Assembly (NCBI GenBank): GCA_041674205.1
Contig: JBAYWF010000006.1
Location: forward strand, 410-64,409
Direction: 5' to 3'
Length of the DNA stretch: 64,000 bases
Origin: Parcubacteria group bacterium
GTDB taxonomy: Bacteria > Patescibacteriota > Minisyncoccia > Moranbacterales > UBA2206
Shown here: piece after piece, positions 1 to 8,568 of the stretch
Numbering within the stretch: position 1 is the stretch's first letter
How the letters are laid out: the number at the start of each line of letters is the position of its first letter
The notes under the pieces: generated by a model
What the model was told of the DNA's origin: nothing
The model's database searches: none
The model's input: the letters and a program-made list of their open reading frames with translations, nothing else
Made by a program: the position numbers and the translations under genes

Positions 1-85
1 CTCCGCACTCTGAACAGGTGATATTCATCGCTGAAACATCAAACATCTGCCTTTGAGGCCTTGCTCCTTGATCTTGATAAGCCAT
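1..85 (-). CDS. 5' part of a small CxxC-x17-CxxC zinc-ribbon protein (runs off window)
   Basis: Manual translation MAYQDQGARPQRQMFDVSAMNITCSECG; SD-like GAGAGGTG upstream. Confidence 0.75.
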   Translation of the reverse strand, partial: MAYQDQGARPQRQMFDVSAMNITCSECG

Positions 86-205
86 TTTGTAGTAGTCACC
101 TCTCTTTCTAGATCCCGCTTTGCACGGGATTAAATGGTGACCCTACTCCTAGCTTATCTATATTTCCTAAATAAAACTATTTCGAAATCATCACCTCTGC
201 AATGG

Positions 206-234
206 AGCATATCACGCGCCTATTCCCCAGTCAA
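206..234 (-). promoter_or_regulatory. sigma70 promoter for the zinc-ribbon gene
   Basis: TTGACT-N17-TATGCT on the minus strand. Confidence 0.55.
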
Positions 235-315
235 GCCAGCCGCGGACCCATAACTTGATAAAATGGACATAGTTTGTTATCCTATTTAATGTACTGAAAA
301 GTACGATTAAATCTT

Positions 316-405
316 GGAGAGGTGGCTGAGTGGTCGAAAGCGGCACACTGCTAACGTGTTAACTCCTAACCGGGTTCCAGGGTTCAAATCCCTGCCTCTC
401 CGCCA
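316..405 (+). tRNA. tRNA-Ser(GCT)
   Basis: GGAGAGG/CCTCTCC acceptor stem, CTGCTAA anticodon loop, long variable arm, GGTTCAAATCC T-arm, encoded CCA. Confidence 0.95.
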
Positions 406-410
406 AGTCG

Positions 411-437
411 CAAAACGGGACGCTAGTCCCGTTTTTG
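411..437 (+). terminator. intrinsic terminator after tRNA-Ser
   Basis: AAAACGGGAC-loop-GTCCCGTTTTT. Confidence 0.8.
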
Positions 438-675
438 TTTTGTATTATGTGATAATCAGAGCTTTATGTTTGCAGATTTTTATTTGAATTTTTCGTTAAA
501 AAAGGTTAGAATTGCAATAAAGCAAGCTTCCGATTGATATTAACAGTATGATTGCCGAAATCGGACGTCGTTCCTTGCAAAAAAAATAACCCCAACAAAG
601 GAGGTGATTCCACTGCGGATTTATTGAATTGTTCATTTTACAACAACTAAAGACAAAAACTGAAGAGGATGAAAA

Positions 676-1827
676 ATGAAAAAGACACTGAGTTACCTGA
701 TTATGGCGATAATCTGCATCGCCCTGTCCGCCCCGGCCGTTTTGGCCAAGGGAAAAGAAGTTATACCGAAGAAGGGTAAACGCGGCGACACCGTTACCGT
801 TGCTGCGGTGGAACCCGTTAAAGGCGCTGGCAAGGGCCAGTCCGGAGGCCAAGGCGGTGGAGGGAAGCCCAGTGATTCCACCGTTTACAGCGATTTATGG
901 GCCGTTCTGAGGGATCTGGACGGCGTGCCCATTCTTTCCGCAGCGGGCTGTCTCCAGCCCTTGAGTGCTGAAGGCGACCTCTTACTCCTCGATGAGGAGT
1001 GCGGGGTTATCGAAGCAGCCGACAATGAACCGGTCGAGGTGGATTTCGGCCGATTGAGCGTCGCCCGCTCCCCGGAAGGTGTCTTACAGGCCAGTTTTGA
1101 AGAGGTTGTCTCCCTCATCAAGACCTGTCGCCATGTCGATGTCGACGTGGCAGGGCGGTTACGACTGGAGATTGCCACCACCAACCCGGAAACGGGAGAA
1201 GTGGAAGTGGTCCAAAAGACCATCGACTCCCCGCTCGAGAACCTCGCTCTGTATTCATATCTGATGCGAAATGGCCACATCCAAACGGAGGAAGTGGTCG
1301 AAGATGAGCACGGAGGCGAAACCACCATTCTTCCGGCTCTTGACCCCCTCACCGATTACGGGAAATTCGGGGCAAAAGTCCGTTTTCTTCTGCCAGTGGT
1401 CGCAGGCAACACCCAAGCCGAGCAGCTGACCAATGACGACCTGACTTTCGCCGGTTTCTTCTTGGCCGCCGCCGCGGACAAGACCGGCACTATCACAGTA
1501 GATCTGGTTCAGTACTTAAACCGGATACTGGCCATCCCCAATCTGACTAACTGTCTCCCAGAAAATCCGGACTTCGTCAATTTCCGGGGACTCGGATATT
1601 GGCGAAATACGCACTTTGACCAGGATGTCGATGTAATCCAACCTGGAAATCTTCCAGGTACCTGGTACACGACAGAAGTGAATCTATTGGTCTGGCTTGA
1701 CTACATCAATGGCGAGCCGGTGGCCTCCAACAACATTATGGCTTTCGTCAGTGACACGAATGACGCATTGCGGGTGATTGAATTCATCCACAACTATGAA
1801 GTACCGGCTACTCTGTGGCAGCCATAA
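676..1827 (+). CDS. secreted hypothetical protein, GC-rich, probably acquired
   Basis: 383-aa ORF, N-terminal signal peptide, Gly-rich linker, own terminator. Confidence 0.85.
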   Translation: MKKTLSYLIMAIICIALSAPAVLAKGKEVIPKKGKRGDTVTVAAVEPVKGAGKGQSGGQGGGGKPSDSTVYSDLWAVLRDLDGVPILSAAGCLQPLSAEGDLLLLDEECGVIEAADNEPVEVDFGRLSVARSPEGVLQASFEEVVSLIKTCRHVDVDVAGRLRLEIATTNPETGEVEVVQKTIDSPLENLALYSYLMRNGHIQTEEVVEDEHGGETTILPALDPLTDYGKFGAKVRFLLPVVAGNTQAEQLTNDDLTFAGFFLAAAADKTGTITVDLVQYLNRILAIPNLTNCLPENPDFVNFRGLGYWRNTHFDQDVDVIQPGNLPGTWYTTEVNLLVWLDYINGEPVASNNIMAFVSDTNDALRVIEFIHNYEVPATLWQP

Positions 1828-1834
1828 ACCCAGC

Positions 1835-1886
1835 GCCATATCACTAATCAACAAGCAACAGCGTTGATTAGTGATATGGCTTTTTT
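1835..1886 (+). terminator. long-stem intrinsic terminator
   Basis: GCCATATCACTAATCAAC...GTTGATTAGTGATATGGC followed by a T run. Confidence 0.85.
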
Positions 1887-1992
1887 ATTAAAAACCTGTG
1901 ATTTCAAATTGGTTATATTTCTAATATTCTTTAAATAAAAAACGCAGGGGTTACTCCGATTCCCTCTGCGTTACTCCTCTGCCTCCATCAAT

Positions 1993-2730
1993 TTATTTTA
2001 TTGTTTGATACAATGGATTGTTACAGTCTTCAAGACATTCTATAAAATCGCCTGTCGACCCAATATCTTCTTTGGGATATTGCCTTGAACATTCCTGGTA
2101 ACATGCTGTTTTTGAGCCTCCATTTTGCGGATTCTGCTCTGCCGGCGGATATCCTTGCCCAACTTGCGGAGCCTGTCCTGTCGAAGGTGGATATCCATAC
2201 TGGCCCTGGGGCAGATTCTGTCCTGCCGGTGGTATATACTGTCCTGCCGGCGGATAACCCCCAAACGGACTATTGGGTTGTACATATGTGCCTGGAGGAG
2301 GTTGTGAAGGTTGGATATTATTTGAAGTCGCCAGAATCATCTCAGCATTTCCTATCACATAACGATCATCCAAAGCCCGACCTAATGGCAAGATGCTCTG
2401 GGCGATACTTATGGCCTGGGAGTTGTTTCCTAGGCATTGTTCCGCCTTTGCCAAAGTCACATACCCTCTGGCTATGCGCTGATCTATGAGACGCGCGTAT
2501 TTTTGCCGATTTTCCGGAGTATTGACCCCAGTATAAACCGAAACTGCTTGGGAAAGCAACTGTTTAGCTGCTTGGCAGTTTCCTGCTTTAAGCATCGCGC
2601 CACCTTGACCGAGCATAGCGTCCGCCTGATCAATAGTAACTCCTTGCCCCTGCGCCATAACAAGTGGTGGAAATAACAAAAAACCGAATATCGCCGCAAA
2701 AATAATTTTCAAATACCTGTTTTTCTTCAT
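1993..2730 (-). CDS. secreted protein with TPR-like helices, P/Q/G/Y-rich repeats and C-terminal Cys motif
   Basis: Likely start MKKNRYLK with signal peptide; PPAGQY-type repeats; CxxxC...CxxxC tail. Confidence 0.75.
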   Translation of the reverse strand: MKKNRYLKIIFAAIFGFLLFPPLVMAQGQGVTIDQADAMLGQGGAMLKAGNCQAAKQLLSQAVSVYTGVNTPENRQKYARLIDQRIARGYVTLAKAEQCLGNNSQAISIAQSILPLGRALDDRYVIGNAEMILATSNNIQPSQPPPGTYVQPNSPFGGYPPAGQYIPPAGQNLPQGQYGYPPSTGQAPQVGQGYPPAEQNPQNGGSKTACYQECSRQYPKEDIGSTGDFIECLEDCNNPLYQTIK

Positions 2731-2955
2731 TTTACCCCTCCGTAAATATTGATTGAAAATACAAAAATCGCCCAATGCGATTTTCCACATTTTCAATAAT
2801 CAGAAAAGAACAGTCTGAGATTAACAAAATATCTTTAAAATGTCAACAAAAACAACATATTTTAGCCCCGAACGCAAATTCACTAAGCAAGTTTAAAATA
2901 AATCTTATGATTTCGACGGCTGGAAGACAATGGCCAGATAATATATACTTGCATT

Positions 2956-5067
2956 ATGATAACACTCAAAACCCCCCTCAAAAATATCCCAAAAATACTC
3001 CCGAAATATCACAAGATTTTGGACAAACTAGAACTCCGCACCGTAGAGGATCTTTTGTCATATTTCCCCTTCCGCTATGACGATTTTTCGCAGACCGCTG
3101 AAATTTCTCCGAAATACCTCAATCAGACCGTGACTATCGAAGGCGCAGTAACCAAGACCAAATCAGCCCGGATTCCCCGGCGGAAAATGACCATCACTGA
3201 AATTACGATCGAAGATGACAACGGAACCCCCTTGAAAGCCGTATGGTTCAACCAGCCTTTCATCTTGGAATCTTTGCGCGAAGGGACACGCGCGCGTCTG
3301 AGCGGCAAGCTGGCTTTGCGCGGCAAGACCCTGCAGATGAGCAACCCCTCTTGGGAAAAAGCCGACCGGGAAACCACCAACACCGGCTGCCTCGTCCCGG
3401 TCTATAGCGAAACGGCCGGCATCACTTCCAAATGGATCCGCTGGCAATTGAAGCCGCTTCTGGAAACCGCCCAGCAGATGGAAGACGCCATCCCCTATGC
3501 TATCCGGCAAAGATTGAACTTGTATGACATCTACACCGCCCTCACCCAGATCCATTTTCCCGAGTCCCGCGAAAAACTTCTGCGCGCCCAAAAAAGGTTC
3601 GCTTTCCAGGAAATGTTTTTGGTGCAACTGCGCACTTTGCAAATCAAAGCCCGCTGGGAAAAAAACCCGGCTTTGCAAATCGGATTCGATGAAAAACTGA
3701 TCCAAGATTTCGTAAAAAACCTGCCGTTCAAACTGACCGACGCCCAACGCAAAGCTTCGTTTGAAATTTTGAAAGATTTGGAAAAGCCGACGCCGATGAA
3801 CCGTCTCTTGAACGGCGACGTCGGGAGCGGCAAAACAATCGTGGCCGCCATCGCTTCCCTGCAGGCGGCCAGCGCCGGATTCCAAGCGGCGATTATGGCA
3901 CCGACCGAAGTCCTGGCCCGCCAGCATTTTGAAAGTTTTTGCAAAATATTTGAAAATTACGCCATAAATATTTCACTTTTGACTAATTCCTATAAACTTA
4001 TTTCCAAAAATTCACTTGGACACTCGGTGTCCAAGTCAAAAGCCCGTACTGATTTACTCGAAAAAATAACCAGCGGTGAAATCAATCTTGTCATCGGCAC
4101 GCACGCCATCATCCAAAAGGATGTGCGGTTCAATAATTTAGCCTTGATCATCATCGACGAACAGCATCGTTTCGGTGTCGCCCAGCGCGCCTATCTCCAA
4201 CAGGAAACTATGGACATCCACGACGGACAAAAGAAAACCATACCTCATTTATTAACGATGACCGCCACGCCCATCCCCCGCACCCTGGCCATCGCGATGT
4301 TCGGCAGCTTGGAACTGTCGCTTCTGGATGAGATGCCGAAAAACCGCAAAGAAATCGTTACGAAAATAATCCCCGCCAAAATCCGCCAAGAGTCCTATGC
4401 TTTTATCCGCCAAGAAATCACAAGCGGCCGGCAAGCATTCGTCATTTTGCCGCTCGTGGAAGATTCGAAAGTACTGACGGAAGTGAAGGCCGCCACCAGC
4501 GAACACAAGCGGTTGTCCGAAGAAATTTTTCCGGATTTGCGCTTGGGACTCCTGCATGGCAAACTCAAACCCAAAGAGAAAGAAGATGTAATGGAAGATT
4601 TCAAAAATAAAGAATATGACATTCTCGTCGCCACTTCCGTCGTCGAGGTCGGTATCGACATCCCCAATGCGTCAGTGATCATCATCGAAGACGCTGACCG
4701 TTTCGGTTTGTCGCAGCTGCACCAGTTCCGTGGCCGGGTCGGGCGCGGACAGCATCAGTCCTATTGCTTCCTCTTCACCAATTCCAACACCGAAAAAGCC
4801 TTGGAACGCCTGCAAGCGATGGAAGACACTTCGGACGGTTTTGAAATCTCCCAAAAAGACTTGGAACTGCGCGGTCCCGGCCAATTCTTCGGCCTCGTCC
4901 AATCCGGCCTACCTGACATCGCGATGGAACATCTGGGCAATATCAAACTCATCAAATTCGCCCGTGCCGAAGCGCAAAACATTTTGAACGATGACCCGGA
5001 ATTAAAAAAGCATCCGCTCATCGCCGAAGCTCTCAAAAAATTCCAGGAAAAGATCCATTTGGAATAA
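2956..5067 (+). CDS. recG: ATP-dependent DNA helicase RecG
   Basis: GDVGSGKT, DEQH, MTATPIPRTL, QLHQFRGRVGRG motifs. Confidence 0.98.
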   Translation: MITLKTPLKNIPKILPKYHKILDKLELRTVEDLLSYFPFRYDDFSQTAEISPKYLNQTVTIEGAVTKTKSARIPRRKMTITEITIEDDNGTPLKAVWFNQPFILESLREGTRARLSGKLALRGKTLQMSNPSWEKADRETTNTGCLVPVYSETAGITSKWIRWQLKPLLETAQQMEDAIPYAIRQRLNLYDIYTALTQIHFPESREKLLRAQKRFAFQEMFLVQLRTLQIKARWEKNPALQIGFDEKLIQDFVKNLPFKLTDAQRKASFEILKDLEKPTPMNRLLNGDVGSGKTIVAAIASLQAASAGFQAAIMAPTEVLARQHFESFCKIFENYAINISLLTNSYKLISKNSLGHSVSKSKARTDLLEKITSGEINLVIGTHAIIQKDVRFNNLALIIIDEQHRFGVAQRAYLQQETMDIHDGQKKTIPHLLTMTATPIPRTLAIAMFGSLELSLLDEMPKNRKEIVTKIIPAKIRQESYAFIRQEITSGRQAFVILPLVEDSKVLTEVKAATSEHKRLSEEIFPDLRLGLLHGKLKPKEKEDVMEDFKNKEYDILVATSVVEVGIDIPNASVIIIEDADRFGLSQLHQFRGRVGRGQHQSYCFLFTNSNTEKALERLQAMEDTSDGFEISQKDLELRGPGQFFGLVQSGLPDIAMEHLGNIKLIKFARAEAQNILNDDPELKKHPLIAEALKKFQEKIHLE

Positions 5068-5097
5068 TGTCAAACTCTAAAGACTGGTACTGCCCGA

Positions 5098-5628
5098 TCA
5101 AAATCCCCTCGCCTCCCTGCGTTTTTTGTAAAGATTTTCGGTGTAGCCGCCTTCCTTCAAAAATTTTTCTTCCAAAGCTCTTTTTTGTTGATCCAGCAGA
5201 AAGTTTGTGCGGGTGATGAGATCAATCATGATGTTGACTGATGAATTGAGATCAGGAGGTAGAAGAGGTGTAGGAGGTAAAGGTTCGTTGTCTTTCACAA
5301 AAATCCTAAACCTCCTTTCCCTCCTCAACCCCTCAGAATTCCAAACCTCAATTCTCCCAAGTCTCGCAATGTCTCTATAGTCCTCTAATAATTCCTCCCA
5401 ACTCCCCCGCGAAACTCCCAACATTTTGATATAACCCTTGAGGCTCGTGCCTTGCATCGCGCCTTCGACAATACATTGCTTGGATGAACGCGCCGCTTGA
5501 TCCATTTGCTGGCGTTGCCGCATGTTTTCGGCTCCGAACACGAATCGTGCAAGAAATTCTTTGTTCAGATCATATATGAGAACCGCGTATTTATAGGTCA
5601 AGAGATTTTTATATGCCGGTTCACTCAT
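5098..5628 (-). CDS. four helix bundle protein with suffix domain (Avd/23S-IVS-like fold)
   Basis: QMDQAARSSKQCIVEG, ELLEDY, EGGYTENLY motifs. Confidence 0.85.
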   Translation of the reverse strand: MSEPAYKNLLTYKYAVLIYDLNKEFLARFVFGAENMRQRQQMDQAARSSKQCIVEGAMQGTSLKGYIKMLGVSRGSWEELLEDYRDIARLGRIEVWNSEGLRRERRFRIFVKDNEPLPPTPLLPPDLNSSVNIMIDLITRTNFLLDQQKRALEEKFLKEGGYTENLYKKRREARGF

Positions 5629-5877
5629 ATTTTTTCTTCGTTAAATTTCTTTTTGCGAAATACTTAACTGGGGTATTCTAGCTACTTACAGTGATACTCT
5701 ATCATCATAGCCATATCCCGTCAATTCCCCGCTATTCCAAAGCAATCTCCGCAACAAAAAATGCTACTACATATAATTGTGTAGCAGCGGCAGCGGCATC
5801 GGCAGCGGCAAATATTTTTAGCGCCGGATTTTTATTTGACTCTGGCAAGAATTCAGGAATTAATTCAGTAATTAATT

Positions 5878-6159
5878 TTATTTCTTAATTTTATCCTTAA
5901 TCCAAAAACCAGCACTTGCGAGTCCAACTCCTCCAAGCAAATACGCTATGCCATTCCCATCGCCAGTTGAGCTATCTTGTTTTGCTAGAGATGGCTTTCC
6001 CTCATGACAATGCCTTTCATTCCAAGCAACTCCCCATTTATCGCAATTTGTCCTGCAATAATGACATCCATCTGAGGCAGTATTTCCCGGATGAGCGAAT
6101 GCATTGTCTGAAAAAACAATCATGCCCAATAAAATAACACATGCCAATATATTTTTCAT
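5878..6159 (-). CDS. small secreted, C-terminally anchored YHYH-like domain protein
   Basis: Signal peptide then HPGNTASDGCH...ERHCH; C-terminal TM segment. Confidence 0.75.
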   Translation of the reverse strand: MKNILACVILLGMIVFSDNAFAHPGNTASDGCHYCRTNCDKWGVAWNERHCHEGKPSLAKQDSSTGDGNGIAYLLGGVGLASAGFWIKDKIKK

Positions 6160-6220
6160 AACTTGCTATTTCCGAAGGTTCTATTTCCGAAGGTTCAACT
6201 TTAGGAGCTACTACCTTTCA

Positions 6221-7114
6221 TTATAATTTTTGCTCTAAAAAATTTCTCAATTTTTCTTGCCTTTCTTTGAATCCACCAAACTTTTTATGAAAAGAAGTTT
6301 TTTCACAAGCCCTGTATTCAAATCCATTTTCCGTTAAAATAATCATTTGATCGCCATCGTTTGAATTTTCTATTTCGAGATTGAATAACCTATTTTCAAC
6401 ATTTTTATTTTTACTATACAAACCGTTAAAAACTTCTCTGCTCATATCTGAAACAAATTTATCTAAACCGTTAGCCAATGCGGTGCTTTCTTTGGATATT
6501 TTTTCTTCTAATGCTAACAAATATATCCTTTCTTTTTCAATTTCAGCAGTATCTTTCATGAGACTTAACATTGAATAACTACTCAATTTCATCTGATACC
6601 CTCCTAAGTCATCACTAAAAATAATCTCCAAATCAAAAAGAAACTTTGACTCCCTATCTACCTTTTCAGAAAATAATGCTTTCCAAAATTGAAAAAATTC
6701 ATAGAAAACTTGGAAGTCCGATTGAATGACACTTATTTTTTCAATGAGATTTTTGCTATTTTCCTTAAGGCGATTTGTAAAAAAATCGTCTTTATTTTTT
6801 GGATTACTTTTCTTCAAAGAAAATGAGTTATTTACGAAAGGAGCCAAAGCATAAAAAGATTTGTGCAATCCTTGAACAAGCATGCTTGTCAATTTTCCGT
6901 GAATTTCAAGCTTCTTTTTGAATTTAATTTCTTTTTTTAATTTATAATATCCAAAAAGCAATCCTCCAATTACTAGAAAAAGATTTAGCGAGGAAACAAC
7001 ATTGTTCCAGTTAAGAGCAGTTTCTTTATTCAAAAAAATCAAGCCAGAAAATATGGCCTGCAAAAAGAGAATTAGCACTAATAAACTTTTTTCAAACATG
7101 CGATTATAGAACAC
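6221..7114 (-). CDS. AT-rich hypothetical membrane protein
   Basis: 297-aa ORF with two N-terminal hydrophobic helices. Confidence 0.7.
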   Translation of the reverse strand: MFYNRMFEKSLLVLILFLQAIFSGLIFLNKETALNWNNVVSSLNLFLVIGGLLFGYYKLKKEIKFKKKLEIHGKLTSMLVQGLHKSFYALAPFVNNSFSLKKSNPKNKDDFFTNRLKENSKNLIEKISVIQSDFQVFYEFFQFWKALFSEKVDRESKFLFDLEIIFSDDLGGYQMKLSSYSMLSLMKDTAEIEKERIYLLALEEKISKESTALANGLDKFVSDMSREVFNGLYSKNKNVENRLFNLEIENSNDGDQMIILTENGFEYRACEKTSFHKKFGGFKERQEKLRNFLEQKL

Positions 7115-7140
7115 TTTTGTAATATATGAATAAGCTTATT

Positions 7141-7659
7141 TTAGCCGCATTTTTTTATAATTTCCTGACACTTATCAAATTTCGTTTTATATCTCTCAAT
7201 GTCTGAATTGGAAGCATCATGTTCATCCTTCTCATTGGCCACAAAATCATCAAAAGCTGATTTTGTTCTAAGAATTTTATTACTAATTGAGCATTCTGGG
7301 AGTTCAGCATATAGTTTTCGACATTCCGACTCATTCGTAACTGTAGTCCGTACCGCTTGTGATTCCGCTTTTGCCGAAATAATTTGAGCATTTTGACCCG
7401 CAATCACCTGTTCTTGTTCCGCAATTTTTGTTTGTTGAACGGAAATAGTCAATTGGAGTTCCTGAATTTTATTATCATTGTCCGTCTTATTTTGATCGAC
7501 ATTTAATTTTGTTTCATCAATCTTGTCTGCAAATTGTAAAATAGCCTCTTCTGGAGCAAGACCAAGAATTAAATCTCTTGTCGGTGTTATTGCCATTCCC
7601 ACAACTGGAATAATTATACCCACTACCCCAAAAACGATTGGGATTAAAAATTTCTTCAT
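7141..7659 (-). CDS. secreted coiled-coil hypothetical protein
   Basis: Signal peptide, heptad-rich middle, three Cys plus a terminal Cys. Confidence 0.75.
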   Translation of the reverse strand: MKKFLIPIVFGVVGIIIPVVGMAITPTRDLILGLAPEEAILQFADKIDETKLNVDQNKTDNDNKIQELQLTISVQQTKIAEQEQVIAGQNAQIISAKAESQAVRTTVTNESECRKLYAELPECSISNKILRTKSAFDDFVANEKDEHDASNSDIERYKTKFDKCQEIIKKCG

Positions 7660-7724
7660 ATTGTTTTTTCTTTAAAAAAATTTTAATTAAACCTTGAATT
7701 ATAAAAAAAATATTTCTTCGGCAA

Positions 7725-7839
7725 TTATCCATCGATTTGCGAGTACGCATTGCCCGTCAAAACCAGTTCTTTGCCGTTTTCGTCAAAAACTTTTTTACTT
7801 ACTGTGTCCAGTTGGAAATATTGATGTTGATAGACCATA
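7725..7839 (-). pseudogene. possible truncated N-terminus of a winged-helix-type protein
   Basis: MVYQHQYFQLDTVSKKVFDENGKELVLTGNAY resembles the start of OmpR-type wHTH domains and stops after about 37 codons (recalled similarity only). Confidence 0.35.
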
Positions 7840-7891
7840 TCGGCGATTTTAAAGATTCTTTGCTTATGCCTATATCTTACGCCGAAACCAG

Positions 7892-8422
7892 CTACTGAAC
7901 AAGATAAAACCGCCACAAATAATGTTTGCAATGCCCGGCGTAATCGACGCCGATCCTTTTGCCGGTTTTTATTTTGTCCTTTGGAATCTTTTCGCCTTTT
8001 TCAATCCACAATTTTTCGCCCCGGACCAGGTCATAACCATTGAGTCGGCGGTCAATCTCCAACACCTTGCAAAGTTTGCCTGGACCGTCGGTTTTTTTGT
8101 AATCTACATTTTCAATCTTGACTCCGCGCAACATCACCGCCGCCGGAAAATCTTTTTTCTCTGTCACGACGTTCATCACGTGGTGCATACCATAGACCAG
8201 ATAGACATAGGCGTGCCCAGCCTGGCCATACATCATTTCCGTCCGCGGCGTGCGTCCCTTGGAGGCATGGCTCGCCAGGTCATCCTCCCCGACATAAGCT
8301 TCCACATCCGTGATCATCGCCCGGACAATTTTCTTGTTTATTTTCCGCACCAAAAAACAGCCTAATAAATCTTGGGCTGTTTGCAAAGTTTTCCGATTAT
8401 AAAATTTTCGGCTAAGTATCAT
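7892..8422 (-). CDS. mpg: DNA-3-methyladenine glycosylase (AAG/Mpg family)
   Basis: VEAYVGEDDLASHA, YVYLVYGMHH, GPGKLC, RIGVDYA motifs; start MILSRKFY. Confidence 0.95.
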   Translation of the reverse strand: MILSRKFYNRKTLQTAQDLLGCFLVRKINKKIVRAMITDVEAYVGEDDLASHASKGRTPRTEMMYGQAGHAYVYLVYGMHHVMNVVTEKKDFPAAVMLRGVKIENVDYKKTDGPGKLCKVLEIDRRLNGYDLVRGEKLWIEKGEKIPKDKIKTGKRIGVDYAGHCKHYLWRFYLVQ

Positions 8423-8434
8423 ATACTTAATATA

Positions 8435-8566
8435 GGACTTGAGCGCTTGATGAAAAATTATTCGCGAGCATCTTCCATTTGCACACAAACCTACCAGTAG
8501 ACCAGCAGGGACAAGAATAGATTGTAACATGTCGCTCTAATAATTTTGAAGCAAGCGCTCAAGTCC
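8435..8566. mobile_element. 132-bp MITE/REPIN-like element
   Basis: Perfect 15-bp terminal inverted repeats GGACTTGAGCGCTTG, extending imperfectly inward to about 30 bp. Confidence 0.65.
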
Positions 8567-8568
8567 CA

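Noticed and set aside
5098-5628. Avd-like gene as a sign of a diversity-generating retroelement
   Set aside because: No reverse transcriptase and no TR/VR pair in the window
8423-8530. N-terminal extension of Mpg in the ORF track
   Set aside because: Runs through the inverted-repeat element; the family-like start is MILSRKFY at 8422
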